Shown here: positions 30,886 to 40,090 of the stretch, piece by piece
How the letters are laid out: each line of letters opens with the position of its first letter
How positions within the stretch are numbered: position 1 is the stretch's first letter
Assembly: GCA_963716255.1 (NCBI GenBank)
Contig: OY970303.1
Location: 4,288,001-4,352,000 of the forward strand
Direction: 5' to 3'
Source of the DNA: an uncultured Gemmatimonadales bacterium
GTDB taxonomy: Bacteria > Gemmatimonadota > Gemmatimonadetes > Longimicrobiales > Longimicrobiaceae
Length of the DNA: 64,000 nt
Made by a program: the position numbers and the translations under genes
Notes under the pieces: model-generated
Told to the model about the DNA's origin: nothing
The model's input: the letters and a program-made list of their open reading frames with translations, nothing else
The model's database searches: none

Positions 30886-31137
30886 ATGGACATCCTCACC
30901 TGGATCATCGTCGGCCTGGTGGCGGGGGTGCTCGCCTCGCTGCTGGTGGGCGGCTACGGGCTGATCGCGGACATCGTCATCGGCATCGTCGGCGCCTTCG
31001 TCGGCGGCTGGCTCTTCGGCCAGCTCGGGGTCACCACGCCCTTCGGGGGGCTCGCGGGGACCATCTTCACGGCGTTCATCGGGGCGGTGGTGCTGCTCGT
31101 GCTGCTGCGCGTGCTGCGGAGCGTCGGGCGCAGGTAG
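30886..31137 (+). CDS. GlsB/YeaQ/YmgE family (transglycosylase-associated) membrane protein
   Basis: WIIVGLVAG...DIVIGIVGAFVGG. Confidence 0.9.
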   Translation: MDILTWIIVGLVAGVLASLLVGGYGLIADIVIGIVGAFVGGWLFGQLGVTTPFGGLAGTIFTAFIGAVVLLVLLRVLRSVGRR

Positions 31138-31303
31138 CGTCCGGAGCCGGAGAAGCGGGCGCGGAGCGGTCCGGCTCCTCGCCGCGCTCCCGCGTTCCCC
31201 CTCGTGCAGGCCGGCGTGTCATGGAACGGCACGTCCGGTGCGGTGGAGACGGCGCCACCCGTGAGCCCGGACCTTCCACTCCCTCTGCGCCGGAGTGCAT
31301 CCC

Positions 31304-31603
31304 ATGCACATGAGCATCCGGCAGTATCCCATCGCCTGGGGCAAGCTGGACGAGACCCTCCGCCGCGCGCGCGCGGGGTTCATCCCGCTCGTCCGCGGCA
31401 TGCCCGGCTTCGTCGCGTACCAGGTCATGGACCCCGGCGATACCACGCTGATCACGGTGAGCGTGTTCGAGACGGAGGCCGGCGGCAGGGAGTGCAACCG
31501 GCGGGCGACCGAGTGGGTGGACGAGTTCCTGGGCGACCTGGTGACGGGACCGCCCCGGATCATGGCGGGGCCGGTGGTCGTGGATGGGGGTTCTGAGGGG
31601 TGA
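31304..31603 (+). CDS. Dimeric alpha+beta barrel (ABM-like) small protein
   Basis: FIPLVRGMPGFVAY; TVSVFE; WV; exact start uncertain. Confidence 0.7.
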   Translation: MHMSIRQYPIAWGKLDETLRRARAGFIPLVRGMPGFVAYQVMDPGDTTLITVSVFETEAGGRECNRRATEWVDEFLGDLVTGPPRIMAGPVVVDGGSEG

Positions 31604-31639
31604 TGCCGTAGGTGGGTGTCGGGGCGGGTGAGTCGAGGC

Positions 31640-31815
31640 GGGCCGCTACGGAGCCCGGCCAAACTGCCGGCCGGTCTCCTCCGCGGGCTCCGGGAGCCAG
31701 CCAAACAGCCGGCTGTCTCCCTCCGCCGGGGGGAGCCTCGCCAAACCGCCGGCGAGTCTCCCCCCGAACAGATTCGTGTGGGTACTGCGGAACTGCAACT
31801 GCGAACGGCGACGGC
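31640..31815 (+). repeat. Family B structured element, three GAGCC-stem-AAAC-stem-GTCTC modules
   Basis: Homologous in inverted orientation to 44258-44442. Confidence 0.8.
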
Positions 31816-31916
31816 GGAACGGCGCTTCGGCATGCGCACTTCCGCCGTCTGCGTGGTGACGCCCTCCTGCGGCGCCGCGCGATTCTCCTGCCTTCCACCA
31901 GTAGCCCCGAGCCGCC

Positions 31917-32750
31917 GTGCAGCACCACATCTGCGCCACCTGCGGCACCCAGTTTTCCGCTTCGGACGCTCCGCCGGCCGCCTGCCCGGTCTGCGAGGAC
32001 GAGCGGCAGTACGTCCCGGACGGCGGGCAGCGCTGGACGACGCTGGAGGCGCTCCGCCGCACGCACCGCAACGCGCTCCGGCGGATCGAGCCGGACCTCC
32101 TCGGCATCGGCACGGAGCCGCGGTTCGGCATCGGCCAGCGGGCGCTGCTGGTGCGCACGCCGGGCGGCGGCGTGCTCTGGGACTGCGTCGCGCTGCTGGA
32201 CGATGCGACGGTGGACGTGCTCCGCGCCCTCGGCGGGCTGCGCGCGGTCGCCATCTCGCACCCGCACTACTACACGACCATGGTGGAGTGGGCGCGCGCC
32301 TTCGGGTGCCCCGTCCTTCTCCACGCGGCGGACCGCGAGTGGGTGATGCGCCCCGATTCCGCGATCCGCTTCTGGGACGGCGAGACGCTCGGGCTGGACG
32401 AGGTGGGGGTGGAGGGGGTGACGCTGGTGCGCTGCGGGGGACACTTCGCGGGCGGGACGGTGCTGCACTGGGCTGGCGGCGCGGAAGGGCGGGGGGCGCT
32501 GCTCTCCGGCGACGTCCTCCAGGTGGTCCCGGACCGGCGCTGGGTCAGCTTCATGCGCAGCTATCCCAACCTGGTCCCGCTGGACGCCGCGAGCGTGGAG
32601 CGCATCGCCGCCGCCGTGGAGCCGTTCGAGTTCGACCGCGTCTACGGCGCCTGGTGGGACCTGCACGTGGAGGCGGACGCGAAGGCGGCGGTGGCGCGCT
32701 CGGCCGCCCGCTATGTCGCCGCCATCCGCGGGGCGTACGCGTCGAGCTGA
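31917..32750 (+). CDS. MBL-fold metallo-hydrolase with N-terminal Cys pairs
   Basis: CATCG...CPVCEDERQY; ISHPHYY; GGHF. Confidence 0.88.
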   Translation: MQHHICATCGTQFSASDAPPAACPVCEDERQYVPDGGQRWTTLEALRRTHRNALRRIEPDLLGIGTEPRFGIGQRALLVRTPGGGVLWDCVALLDDATVDVLRALGGLRAVAISHPHYYTTMVEWARAFGCPVLLHAADREWVMRPDSAIRFWDGETLGLDEVGVEGVTLVRCGGHFAGGTVLHWAGGAEGRGALLSGDVLQVVPDRRWVSFMRSYPNLVPLDAASVERIAAAVEPFEFDRVYGAWWDLHVEADAKAAVARSAARYVAAIRGAYASS

Positions 32751-32788
32751 TCCCGGATGCGGCCGGAACGACCTTGTATGGCGGGTTC

Positions 32789-32847
32789 GGGCGTGCCCCC
32801 GCAAGCTGCCGCGGGGTCTCACCCCTTCGGGCCGTAATCCCTCACGC
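32789..32847 (+). repeat. Family A element, internally deleted 59-nt copy
   Basis: Keeps GGGCGTG and ATCCCTCACGC ends plus the last two hairpins. Confidence 0.8.
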
Positions 32848-32870
32848 GACCGCCGGCCCGCCTCCCCGCT

Positions 32871-34037
32871 CTACAATCCGTCGCGCAGCACCCGCAGGGC
32901 GGCGCGCTCCAGCACGTCCACCGCCACGGGGAGCGCGTCCTCGCACACGTCGAAGCGCGGCGAGTGGTGCGGGTGGACCTGGCCGCGCTCCTCGTTCCTG
33001 GCGCCCACGAAGAAGTAGCAGCCGGGCACGCGCAGCAGGAACTCGCCGAAGTCCTCGGCGGCCATGGTGCGCACGTCGGGGTCGGTGCGCACCCGGTCCC
33101 TGCCCACCACCTCCTCGGCGGCCGTGCGCACGGCCTCGGCGGCGCGCGGGTCGTTGAGGGTGGGCGGGGTGTTCTGGTCGTAGTGGAAGTCGTACGTGGC
33201 GCCCATGGCCTGGCAGACGCCGGCCACCACGCGCTCGATCCGCCGCGGCAGCTCGTCGCACAGCTCGGGGGTGAAGGCGCGCGCCGTCCCCCGCAGCCGG
33301 GCGGTGTCGGCGATGACGTTGAACGCCTCGCCGGCCTGGAACGCTCCCACCGACACCACCGCCGACTGGAGCGGCGACACGCCGCGCGACACCACGCTCT
33401 GCAGCGCGACCACCACCTGGCTCGCCGCCAGCACGGCGTCGATCGTCTCGTCGGGGATGGCGCCGTGGCCGCCGCGCCCGCGGACCGTGATCTCGAAGTC
33501 GGCGGCGGAGGCCATCAGCGGCCCCGGCACCACGCCCACCACGCCGCTGGGCAGACCCGTCCACACGTGCAGCCCCAGCGCGGCGTCCACGCCCTCCAGC
33601 ACGCCCTCGTCCACCATGCGCCGTCCGCCGCCGCCGCCCTCCTCCGCCGGCTGGAACACGTACTTCACCGTCCCCGGCCAGCGGTCGCGCGAGGCGGCCA
33701 GCCGCTCGGCCACGGCCAGCCCGATGGCGACGTGCGCGTCGTGCCCGCAGGCGTGCATCACCCCCGCGTGCGTGGACACGAAGTCGTGCCCGCACTCCTC
33801 CACGATGGGGAGCGCGTCCATGTCGGCGCGCAGCAGGAGCGTGGGCCCGTCGCCCGCGCCGCCGCGCAGCGTCCCCACCACGCCGGTCTCCGCGATCCCC
33901 GTCCTCACCTCGTAGCCGGCGGCGCGCAGGCGCTCGGCGACGATCCCGGCGGTGCGGTGCTCCTGGAACCCCAGCTCGGGGTGCCGGTGAAGGTCGCGGC
34001 GGGTGCGGATCAGCAGCTCGGTCTCGGCGGTGGCCAT
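32871..34037 (-). CDS. M20D family amidohydrolase
   Basis: RRDLHRHPEL; RADMDALP; MHACGHD; FQPAEE; AEDF. Confidence 0.93.
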   Translation of the reverse strand: MATAETELLIRTRRDLHRHPELGFQEHRTAGIVAERLRAAGYEVRTGIAETGVVGTLRGGAGDGPTLLLRADMDALPIVEECGHDFVSTHAGVMHACGHDAHVAIGLAVAERLAASRDRWPGTVKYVFQPAEEGGGGGRRMVDEGVLEGVDAALGLHVWTGLPSGVVGVVPGPLMASAADFEITVRGRGGHGAIPDETIDAVLAASQVVVALQSVVSRGVSPLQSAVVSVGAFQAGEAFNVIADTARLRGTARAFTPELCDELPRRIERVVAGVCQAMGATYDFHYDQNTPPTLNDPRAAEAVRTAAEEVVGRDRVRTDPDVRTMAAEDFGEFLLRVPGCYFFVGARNEERGQVHPHHSPRFDVCEDALPVAVDVLERAALRVLRDGL

Positions 34038-34107
34038 CTGTCTTCCAGCGGGCTCGGGTCGATGCGACGTGGGAACGGAAGACGATAGCGCCGCGGCGGA
34101 CGCGGGG

Positions 34108-34947
34108 TCAATCGCGCTCCGTCTCCAGGCGGGCGACGACGGGCGCGCACCCGCTGGACTCCAGCATCCGCGACGCCAGGTCCACGCGCGGCCACGGGTG
34201 CGGCGCGGTGCGGACGTACACCTCGCCGTCGCCGCGGGCGACGGACTCCGCCACGATGCCGGCGCGGGCCAGCGTGCGGGCCAGGAAATCGTCCTCGGCG
34301 CAGCGGCCCGCGGCGGCGAGCACCCAGCGGTGCGCCCGCCGGTCGGTCTGCGCGGCGGCGGCGGGGCGGGGGAGCTCGCCGCGCACCATCTCCCCCAGCA
34401 GCGCGGCGGCGGTCGCGGCACCGCCCGCGCCGGGACCGGAGAGCCGCACCGAGCCGTTCAGCGCGCTCGCCACCACCACCGAGGTCTCTTCGAGCCGTGT
34501 GAGGCCGAGGCCCGATCCGGGCGCCACGACGGTGGGCTCCACGGACGCCACGACGCCGTCGTCCGTGTACACGCACTCCGCCACCAGGCGGAGCACGCCG
34601 CCGGACGCCGCGGCCGCGCGGGTGAGCCGGTCCGCGCCGGCGGCGATGCCGCGCCGCCGCACCTTCACCCGGTCCGGGGCGATGCCGAAGGCCAGCCACG
34701 CCAGGACGCGGAGCCTGTCCGCCGCGTCCTGCCCGGACACGTCGCGCTCCGGGTCCGCCTCCGCGAAGCCGCGGGCCTGCGCGTCCGCCAGGGCGTCGGC
34801 GTAGCGCCACCCACCGGCGAGGCGGGTGAGGACGTAGTTGCTGGTGCCGTTGAGGATGCCGCGGACCGCCGTGATCCCGGCGAGCGCCGCGCCGTTGTCC
34901 AGGCCATACTCCTGCGGCGGCTCCGCTTCGCTCGCCGTGACGGTCAT
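34108..34947 (-). CDS. Homoserine dehydrogenase-like protein lacking the N-terminal NAD-binding domain (possible pseudogene)
   Basis: GILNGTSNY; GFAEADPERDVSGQD; GPGAG..ATA; no GxGxxG Rossmann domain upstream. Confidence 0.75.
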   Translation of the reverse strand: MTVTASEAEPPQEYGLDNGAALAGITAVRGILNGTSNYVLTRLAGGWRYADALADAQARGFAEADPERDVSGQDAADRLRVLAWLAFGIAPDRVKVRRRGIAAGADRLTRAAAASGGVLRLVAECVYTDDGVVASVEPTVVAPGSGLGLTRLEETSVVVASALNGSVRLSGPGAGGAATAAALLGEMVRGELPRPAAAAQTDRRAHRWVLAAAGRCAEDDFLARTLARAGIVAESVARGDGEVYVRTAPHPWPRVDLASRMLESSGCAPVVARLETERD

Positions 34948-34973
34948 CGCTGGCTCTCCTGGTGCTGGATATG

Positions 34974-35011
34974 AAAAAGCCCCGGCCCTCTCGTGGGAGA
35001 GGGGCCGGGGC
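34974..35011 (-). terminator. Attenuator-type intrinsic terminator directly upstream of the hom-like gene
   Basis: GCCCCGGCCC(C)TCTC...GAGAGGGCCGGGGC followed by TTTTT. Confidence 0.8.
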
Positions 35012-35042
35012 AGGGTGCCGGGCCGCCGTGGGCCGGCTGCGC

Positions 35043-35150
35043 TCAGTCGCTCGCGGTGTGCGTGCGTGCGCGCTCCTGTCCGCCTCTCCCGCGGGGAGGG
35101 CAGGCCATGGCGCACATGCGGCACGTCGTCGTCGCGAAGCAGGGGGTCAC
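35043..35150 (-). CDS. Candidate leader peptide MTPCFATTTCRMCAMAC... (35 aa)
   Basis: GTG start after GAGAGAG; Thr/Cys/Met cluster; stop about 30 nt before the terminator. Confidence 0.45.
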   Translation of the reverse strand: MTPCFATTTCRMCAMACPPRGRGGQERARTHTASD

Positions 35151-35188
35151 GCGGGTGCTCTCTCGTCTCGGTCCGGATCGTGGACAAC

Positions 35189-35218
35189 AAAAAAGCCCGG
35201 GCAGCCGCGCCGCCGGGC
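35189..35218 (-). terminator. Intrinsic terminator following the SAM-II aptamer
   Basis: GCCCGG...CCGGGC followed by TTTTTT. Confidence 0.8.
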
Positions 35219-35225
35219 ATCGCTG

Positions 35226-35270
35226 TTTAGCACTTGTTTTACGTGGCTGCAAGCGGCACAAATCACCACG
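35226..35270 (-). ncRNA. SAM-II (SAM-alpha type) riboswitch aptamer
   Basis: CGUGGUGAUUUGUGCCGCUUGCAGCCACGUAAAACAAGUGCUAAA closely follows the SAM-II consensus; upstream of a Met/Thr pathway gene. Confidence 0.88.
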
Positions 35271-35326
35271 GTCGTCGGTTGTCTGCTTCAAGGGATAACC
35301 CCGGCGCCGCGGCGCGTCAACCCATC

Positions 35327-36067
35327 CTACCGGCCGGGGACGCGGAGCAGCGTCGTGTGGCGCTTCAGGAAGCGCAGGGCGAGGTAGAGCACCAGGCTCG
35401 ACCCGAAGAGCACCGCCCAGACCGGGTCCAGGAGCAGCCGGTTACGGACGACCCAGTCACCCCCGACCTCCAGCGCAGTAAAGCTGGCGATCACGCCGAA
35501 GAGGCCCGAGTACTCCCGGCGGAGGACGTTGCGGAGCGAGAAGGGGAGACTCGGCGGGGACCACCGGCGCGGATCGGGGAGGAAGGCGGACGTCCGCTGC
35601 GCCCAGGCGACGTATCCGGTGCCGAAGCTCGCCCGGAGGAACTCCTCTTCAGCGAACATGATGCGCTCGTAGTACAGCGCGAAGGCGAGCGCCACCAGCA
35701 CCGCGATCCACGCGTCGTGCAGGAACAGGGCGACTCCCATCCAGATGAGGAAGTTGCCGAGGTACAGGGGGTGGCGCACCACGGAGTACATCCCCGTGGT
35801 GTTGAGCTCGTCGGCCACCTGGGCATGGGTGTTCCGGCCGGAGGTTTTTTGCGGCGCGTGCCCCACGGTGAGCACGCGCACGGCGAGGCCCAGCATGGAC
35901 ACCCCCAGGCAGACGGCCTCCCATTCCAGGTCGTAGCGGTGCGAGCCGCCCCAGTACGAGAACCGGGAGAGCTGGCCCAGGAGAAGCGCGAAAAGGATGA
36001 GCGGAAGGTAGCTCCGCCAGCGGAACAGCCAGCCCCCACTGCGGACGAATTCTTCACGAAGCGGCAT
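35327..36067 (-). CDS. Membrane methyltransferase, ICMT/PEMT family (LmtA lipid A phosphate methyltransferase-like)
   Basis: WLFRWRSYLP; TSGRNT; LNTTGMYSVVRHPLYLGN; EEEFL; VLRREY. Confidence 0.8.
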   Translation of the reverse strand: MPLREEFVRSGGWLFRWRSYLPLILFALLLGQLSRFSYWGGSHRYDLEWEAVCLGVSMLGLAVRVLTVGHAPQKTSGRNTHAQVADELNTTGMYSVVRHPLYLGNFLIWMGVALFLHDAWIAVLVALAFALYYERIMFAEEEFLRASFGTGYVAWAQRTSAFLPDPRRWSPPSLPFSLRNVLRREYSGLFGVIASFTALEVGGDWVVRNRLLLDPVWAVLFGSSLVLYLALRFLKRHTTLLRVPGR

Positions 36068-36256
36068 CTGTCCATCCCGGGAGCAGGCGTCGGCGTGGCG
36101 CGAGCTGTCGTCCGCCCGCGGCTTGATTGGGTACCCGGAGCGGCATACGAGTTCCACCGGCGCCAGCCGGGCAGCCTCGGTGCCGCCCGCCCGAAACGCC
36201 GGTCGGCAGCCGCGGTGTCCTCCGCGGCTGCCGACCGCGCTCCGGCGTGGAGCGAC

Positions 36257-36835
36257 TCAGCTCTCCGGCCGGGGCGGCCGGGGCGCGTCGGCCCCGTCCG
36301 GCCCCATCGGTGGGCCTCCGGGCCCCATGGGCGCGCCTCCCGGCCCCCGCCGCATGCCGGCGCCGCCGCGGGGCGGACCCCCGGGGCCACCGCCCCGGCC
36401 CATGCCTCCCGGACCGCGGGGCCGCGCCACCATCTCCCACGCGGTGGCCTGCTGCTCGGGCGTCAGCACGGCGATGGCGTCGCGCAGCTCGGCGCGCGCC
36501 TGCTCCCTGGCCTGCCGCATGGCCTGCTCGCCCGGGCGCGCGTCCGCGGGGCGGGCGCCCTGCGCGGGCGCCGCCTCCCGGCGCCGCTCCATCACGGTGG
36601 TGCGCATGGCCTGCCGCCGCTCCTCCGCGCGCCTGGCGAGGCCGGCGAGCCGCACCACCTGCGCGTCGGTGAGCCGCAGCTCGCCGGTGTGTCCCAGGAT
36701 GAACCCCGCGGGGTTCGCGAGCGGCCCCATGGGAGGTCCGCCGGGCCCCGGACCCGGCCCGGACCGCTGCTGCGCCGCCGCGCCGGTGGCCGCCATGGCC
36801 AGGCCGAGCAGCGCCGCGAGTGCGAATCGTCTCAT
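36257..36835 (-). CDS. Spy/CpxP-like periplasmic helical protein
   Basis: Signal peptide; LRLTDAQ and VLTPEQ motifs; Gly/Pro/Met-rich ends. Confidence 0.75.
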   Translation of the reverse strand: MRRFALAALLGLAMAATGAAAQQRSGPGPGPGGPPMGPLANPAGFILGHTGELRLTDAQVVRLAGLARRAEERRQAMRTTVMERRREAAPAQGARPADARPGEQAMRQAREQARAELRDAIAVLTPEQQATAWEMVARPRGPGGMGRGGGPGGPPRGGAGMRRGPGGAPMGPGGPPMGPDGADAPRPPRPES

Positions 36836-37022
36836 TCTTCCGTCTCCTCCGATGGTGTGTGTACGGCCGGCCGGCCGCGCCTGCATCCGATAGACGCGCG
36901 ACGTGCCCGAGACGTTAATCGCCGGGGGCCGTGGGCCCTCACCCGGCGGCCCTGGAGCCGCCACCCTCTCCCAAGTCCGGGAGCGGGGGCAACGGCTGGA
37001 TGTCGAGTACGGGTAAGCCGTT

Positions 37023-37151
37023 GCGTGAGGGATTCCGGCCCGAAGGGGCGAGACCCGCGGGCAGTTTCGCGGGGCTCGACTCCGTTGAGCAGCGTTGTTT
37101 GCTGCTCTACGGAGCCGAAGCCCGACCCCGGCGCCAGCCGGGGGCACGCCC
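37023..37151 (-). repeat. Family A structured element, full copy
   Basis: Differs from 38973-39101 at one position (by eye); inverted orientation. Confidence 0.92.
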
Positions 37152-37273
37152 GAACCCGAGCCGTCGATCCCGTCCCGGATCACTCCGTGCGCCGGGCGCA
37201 GAGGATGCATATACTGTCGGGAACCGCGACATCCCTGCCCGCGCCCCGTGTCACCCCACCGGAGGTGGTGCCC

Positions 37274-38950
37274 ATGCTTCACGCACGTCTGTCCCGCTTC
37301 GCCCTGCTCACGATGGTCGCGGCGGCGCTCGGCGCCTGCTCCGCGGAGCTCCCCACGCGCCCGGACGCGGTGCTCCCGCCGCAGGCCGCGCGGCGCAACG
37401 TGCTGGAGGCGTACAACGGCCGGATACGCATCGGGGTGGTCCCCGCCGCCGCGTCGGTCAAGATCGGCGGCACGGTCGCGTACGACGTGCGCGAGAAGGG
37501 GACGAGCGCGTACCTCGTTTCCGGCCTCGCGAACGAGCAGGTGACGGTGACGTGGAGCGCATCCGTGCCCGTGGCGGCCAACAACCGCCGGCTCCAGGTG
37601 GTCTGCACGACCAGCACCACGGACCGCGACCAGCGCGTCCTGGCGGGGACGGACGCGGGCTTCCCCTCCGCGTGGGAGTACGTGCCCACGGCGAGCTGCT
37701 GGCGCGTGTACATCGGGGAGCGGCCGCTCCCCATCGACGCGACCGCCGAGGCCGCCTACAAGCAGAACGTCGTCAACGCCGGCCTCGCCACCTCCGCCGC
37801 GCTGTGGAAGACGGTGAGCGCGACGGTGAACGAGCCGCGCTACGTCACCACCAAGACCACCGGGACGGCCGCCAGCTCGCGCAACCCGCCGCGCATCGCC
37901 GTGGCGACCACCGCGCGGGTGCTCGTCGCCGGCGCCCAGTACCGCGGCACTGCCGAGGTGATGCGCAACGGGGCGGGAGCGCTCGCGGGGATCAACGAGC
38001 TGCCCATGGAGGAGTACCTGTACGGCGTGGTGCCGCGCGAGCTGGGGCCCGCCACCTATCCCGAGGTGGAGGCGCAGAAGGCGCAGGCCGTCGCCGCCCG
38101 CACCTACGCGCACGCCAACCTGGGCAAGCGCTGGAGCGAGGGCTTCGACCTGGGCGCCACCGTCGCCGACCAGGTGTACGGCGGCGCCGCGGCCGAGCAC
38201 TCCGTGTCCACGGCGGCCGTGAACGCCACGGCGGGGATCGTCGCCACCTACAACGGCGCCATGATCAACGCGCTGTTCTACGCCACCAGCGGCGGCCGCA
38301 CCTCCAACAGCGAGGACGTGTTCACGGCCGCGGAGCCCTACCTGCGCAGCGTGTGGGACGCGCCCGCCGGGCAGGAGCTGCCGTCCACCGCCGCGCTGCT
38401 CACGGACCTCAGGACCCCCACGTGGACGGGCGCGTACGGTGGCTTCCACAGCTACCACCGCTGGAGCTACACGTGGACGATGGCGCAGATGAGCTGCGTG
38501 ATCGGCGACTTCGCCAACCAGCCGGTGGGGAAGGTGACGGCCATCAACGTCGTGGGCCGCGCCGCCTCGGGCCGGGTGACTCAGATCGAGTACGTGACCG
38601 AGGCGGGGACGTTCACCGACAGCAGGGGCGCCATCCGCTCCTCGCTGGCCTACATCAGCTCGTCGGGCGTGCCCACGCTGCTTCCCAGCAACCTTTTCGT
38701 CGTGGAGCGGGTGACCGACGCGTCCGGCAACCTCACGGGCTACGCGGTCTACGGCGGCGGCAACGGGCACGGGGCGGGGCTGGCGCAGACCGGCGCGGTG
38801 GGGATGGCGCGGGCGGGCCACACGTACGCGCAGATCCTCCAGAAGTACTACACGGGGATCCAGCTGGAGCAGAAGGTGGGCACGCGTCGCAACGGGTCCG
38901 TGGGCGGGTCCGGCACCGTCACCGATCCGTACGACTGCACCAGTGCGTGA
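37274..38950 (+). CDS. SpoIID/LytB domain lipoprotein
   Basis: Lipobox LGAC; INELPMEEYLYGVVPRE; KAQAVAARTY; GHGAGLAQTGA; ILQKYY. Confidence 0.9.
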   Translation: MLHARLSRFALLTMVAAALGACSAELPTRPDAVLPPQAARRNVLEAYNGRIRIGVVPAAASVKIGGTVAYDVREKGTSAYLVSGLANEQVTVTWSASVPVAANNRRLQVVCTTSTTDRDQRVLAGTDAGFPSAWEYVPTASCWRVYIGERPLPIDATAEAAYKQNVVNAGLATSAALWKTVSATVNEPRYVTTKTTGTAASSRNPPRIAVATTARVLVAGAQYRGTAEVMRNGAGALAGINELPMEEYLYGVVPRELGPATYPEVEAQKAQAVAARTYAHANLGKRWSEGFDLGATVADQVYGGAAAEHSVSTAAVNATAGIVATYNGAMINALFYATSGGRTSNSEDVFTAAEPYLRSVWDAPAGQELPSTAALLTDLRTPTWTGAYGGFHSYHRWSYTWTMAQMSCVIGDFANQPVGKVTAINVVGRAASGRVTQIEYVTEAGTFTDSRGAIRSSLAYISSSGVPTLLPSNLFVVERVTDASGNLTGYAVYGGGNGHGAGLAQTGAVGMARAGHTYAQILQKYYTGIQLEQKVGTRRNGSVGGSGTVTDPYDCTSA

Positions 38951-38972
38951 CCAGCTCCTGAACGGCGGGGTC

Positions 38973-39101
38973 GGGCGTGCCCCCGGCTGGCGCCGGGGTC
39001 GGGCTTCGGCTCCGTAGAGCAGCAAACAACGCTGCTCAACGGAGTCGAGCCCCGCGAAACTGCCCGCGGGTCTCGCCCCTTCGGGCCGAAATCCCTCACG
39101 C
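38973..39101 (+). repeat. Family A structured element, full copy
   Basis: GGGCGTG...ATCCCTCACGC. Confidence 0.92.
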
Positions 39102-39181
39102 GACGGCGCCCCCACCGGGATCTCCCGGCGGGGGCGCCTTGCGTACTCCGTACTGCCGTTCACTTTCGCACTGCGGTTCCG

Positions 39182-39796
39182 TCAGCTCACCGCTTTCCCG
39201 TCGCGGTACACCTGCACCCCGTCCGCGACGCCGTGCAGGAGCAGGCGCGCGCCCCGGCCGCCGTAGGCGCGCATCAGGTCCACCATCATCGGCTCCTCGC
39301 CGTGCCAGGGGAAGGCGTACACCACGTCGAAGTCCTCCAGCGGGTGCATCAGCGCCGGGTACGCCGAGCTGCCGTCGCCGATGGTGCCCAGGCGGCCGTC
39401 GCCGCCGCTGGGGCGGTAGCGATAGCCGGCGGGGATGAAGCTTCCCGCCACGAAGCGGGCCTCCGAGCCGTAGCGGGAGGCCAGGGCGCGGGCCGTCTCC
39501 ACCAGCTCCGGGTCCAGCTCGATCCCGTACGCCTCGAAGCCCAGCAGGTCGGCCATGATGGTGATGACGCCCGTCGCCGAGCCCCACTCCAGGAAGCGCA
39601 GCCCGGGACCGCGCATCTTCAGCAGCGCGTCCAGCACGCGGTCGTAGTCGGCGGCCACGAAGGGGTGGAAGTCCTTGCTGCGCACCTCGTGGTCGAACCG
39701 GTCCCACATCTCGCGGCCCTCCTCGCACAGCGACTCCAGCCGCTCGCGCAGGGCGGGGTCCAGCACGGTCCCGGGGGACGTGGCGCTCGCGTCCAC
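39182..39796 (-). CDS. Class I SAM-dependent methyltransferase-like protein
   Basis: FLEWGSATG; AYGIE. Confidence 0.8.
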   Translation of the reverse strand: MDASATSPGTVLDPALRERLESLCEEGREMWDRFDHEVRSKDFHPFVAADYDRVLDALLKMRGPGLRFLEWGSATGVITIMADLLGFEAYGIELDPELVETARALASRYGSEARFVAGSFIPAGYRYRPSGGDGRLGTIGDGSSAYPALMHPLEDFDVVYAFPWHGEEPMMVDLMRAYGGRGARLLLHGVADGVQVYRDGKAVS

Positions 39797-39804
39797 GACC
39801 GCCC

Positions 39805-40062
39805 TCAGCCGGCGGCCGTGTCGTCGTCCCGATCGCCGCCCTCGGCTCCGTCCTCGCCCTCGTCCTCCGTCCCGGTCTCCGTCTCGCCCTCGCCTCCGTC
39901 CTCCATCCCGGCCTCGTCCGGGTCGACGTACAGCGAGTTGCCGTACTCGTCGGTGCCGGCCTCCTTCCTCAGGCGCTTCTTCTCCGCCTTCTCGTCCTTC
40001 TTCTTCTGCTTCTCGAGCTCCTTCTGCCGCTTCTCGAAGCCATAGTTCGGTCGTCGCGCCAT
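39805..40062 (-). CDS. Small Lys-rich/acidic conserved hypothetical protein
   Basis: MARRPNYGFEKRQKEL; RBS GGAG. Confidence 0.8.
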   Translation of the reverse strand: MARRPNYGFEKRQKELEKQKKKDEKAEKKRLRKEAGTDEYGNSLYVDPDEAGMEDGGEGETETGTEDEGEDGAEGGDRDDDTAAG

Positions 40063-40090
40063 ATTCTCCAATCCGTTGTTCGGGTATGTC

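Noticed and set aside
38973..39101. Family A as an HDV-like ribozyme or tRNA
   Set aside because: GCTGGCGCCGG resembles HDV sequence but I could not build the nested double pseudoknot; no T-arm, anticodon arm or CCA
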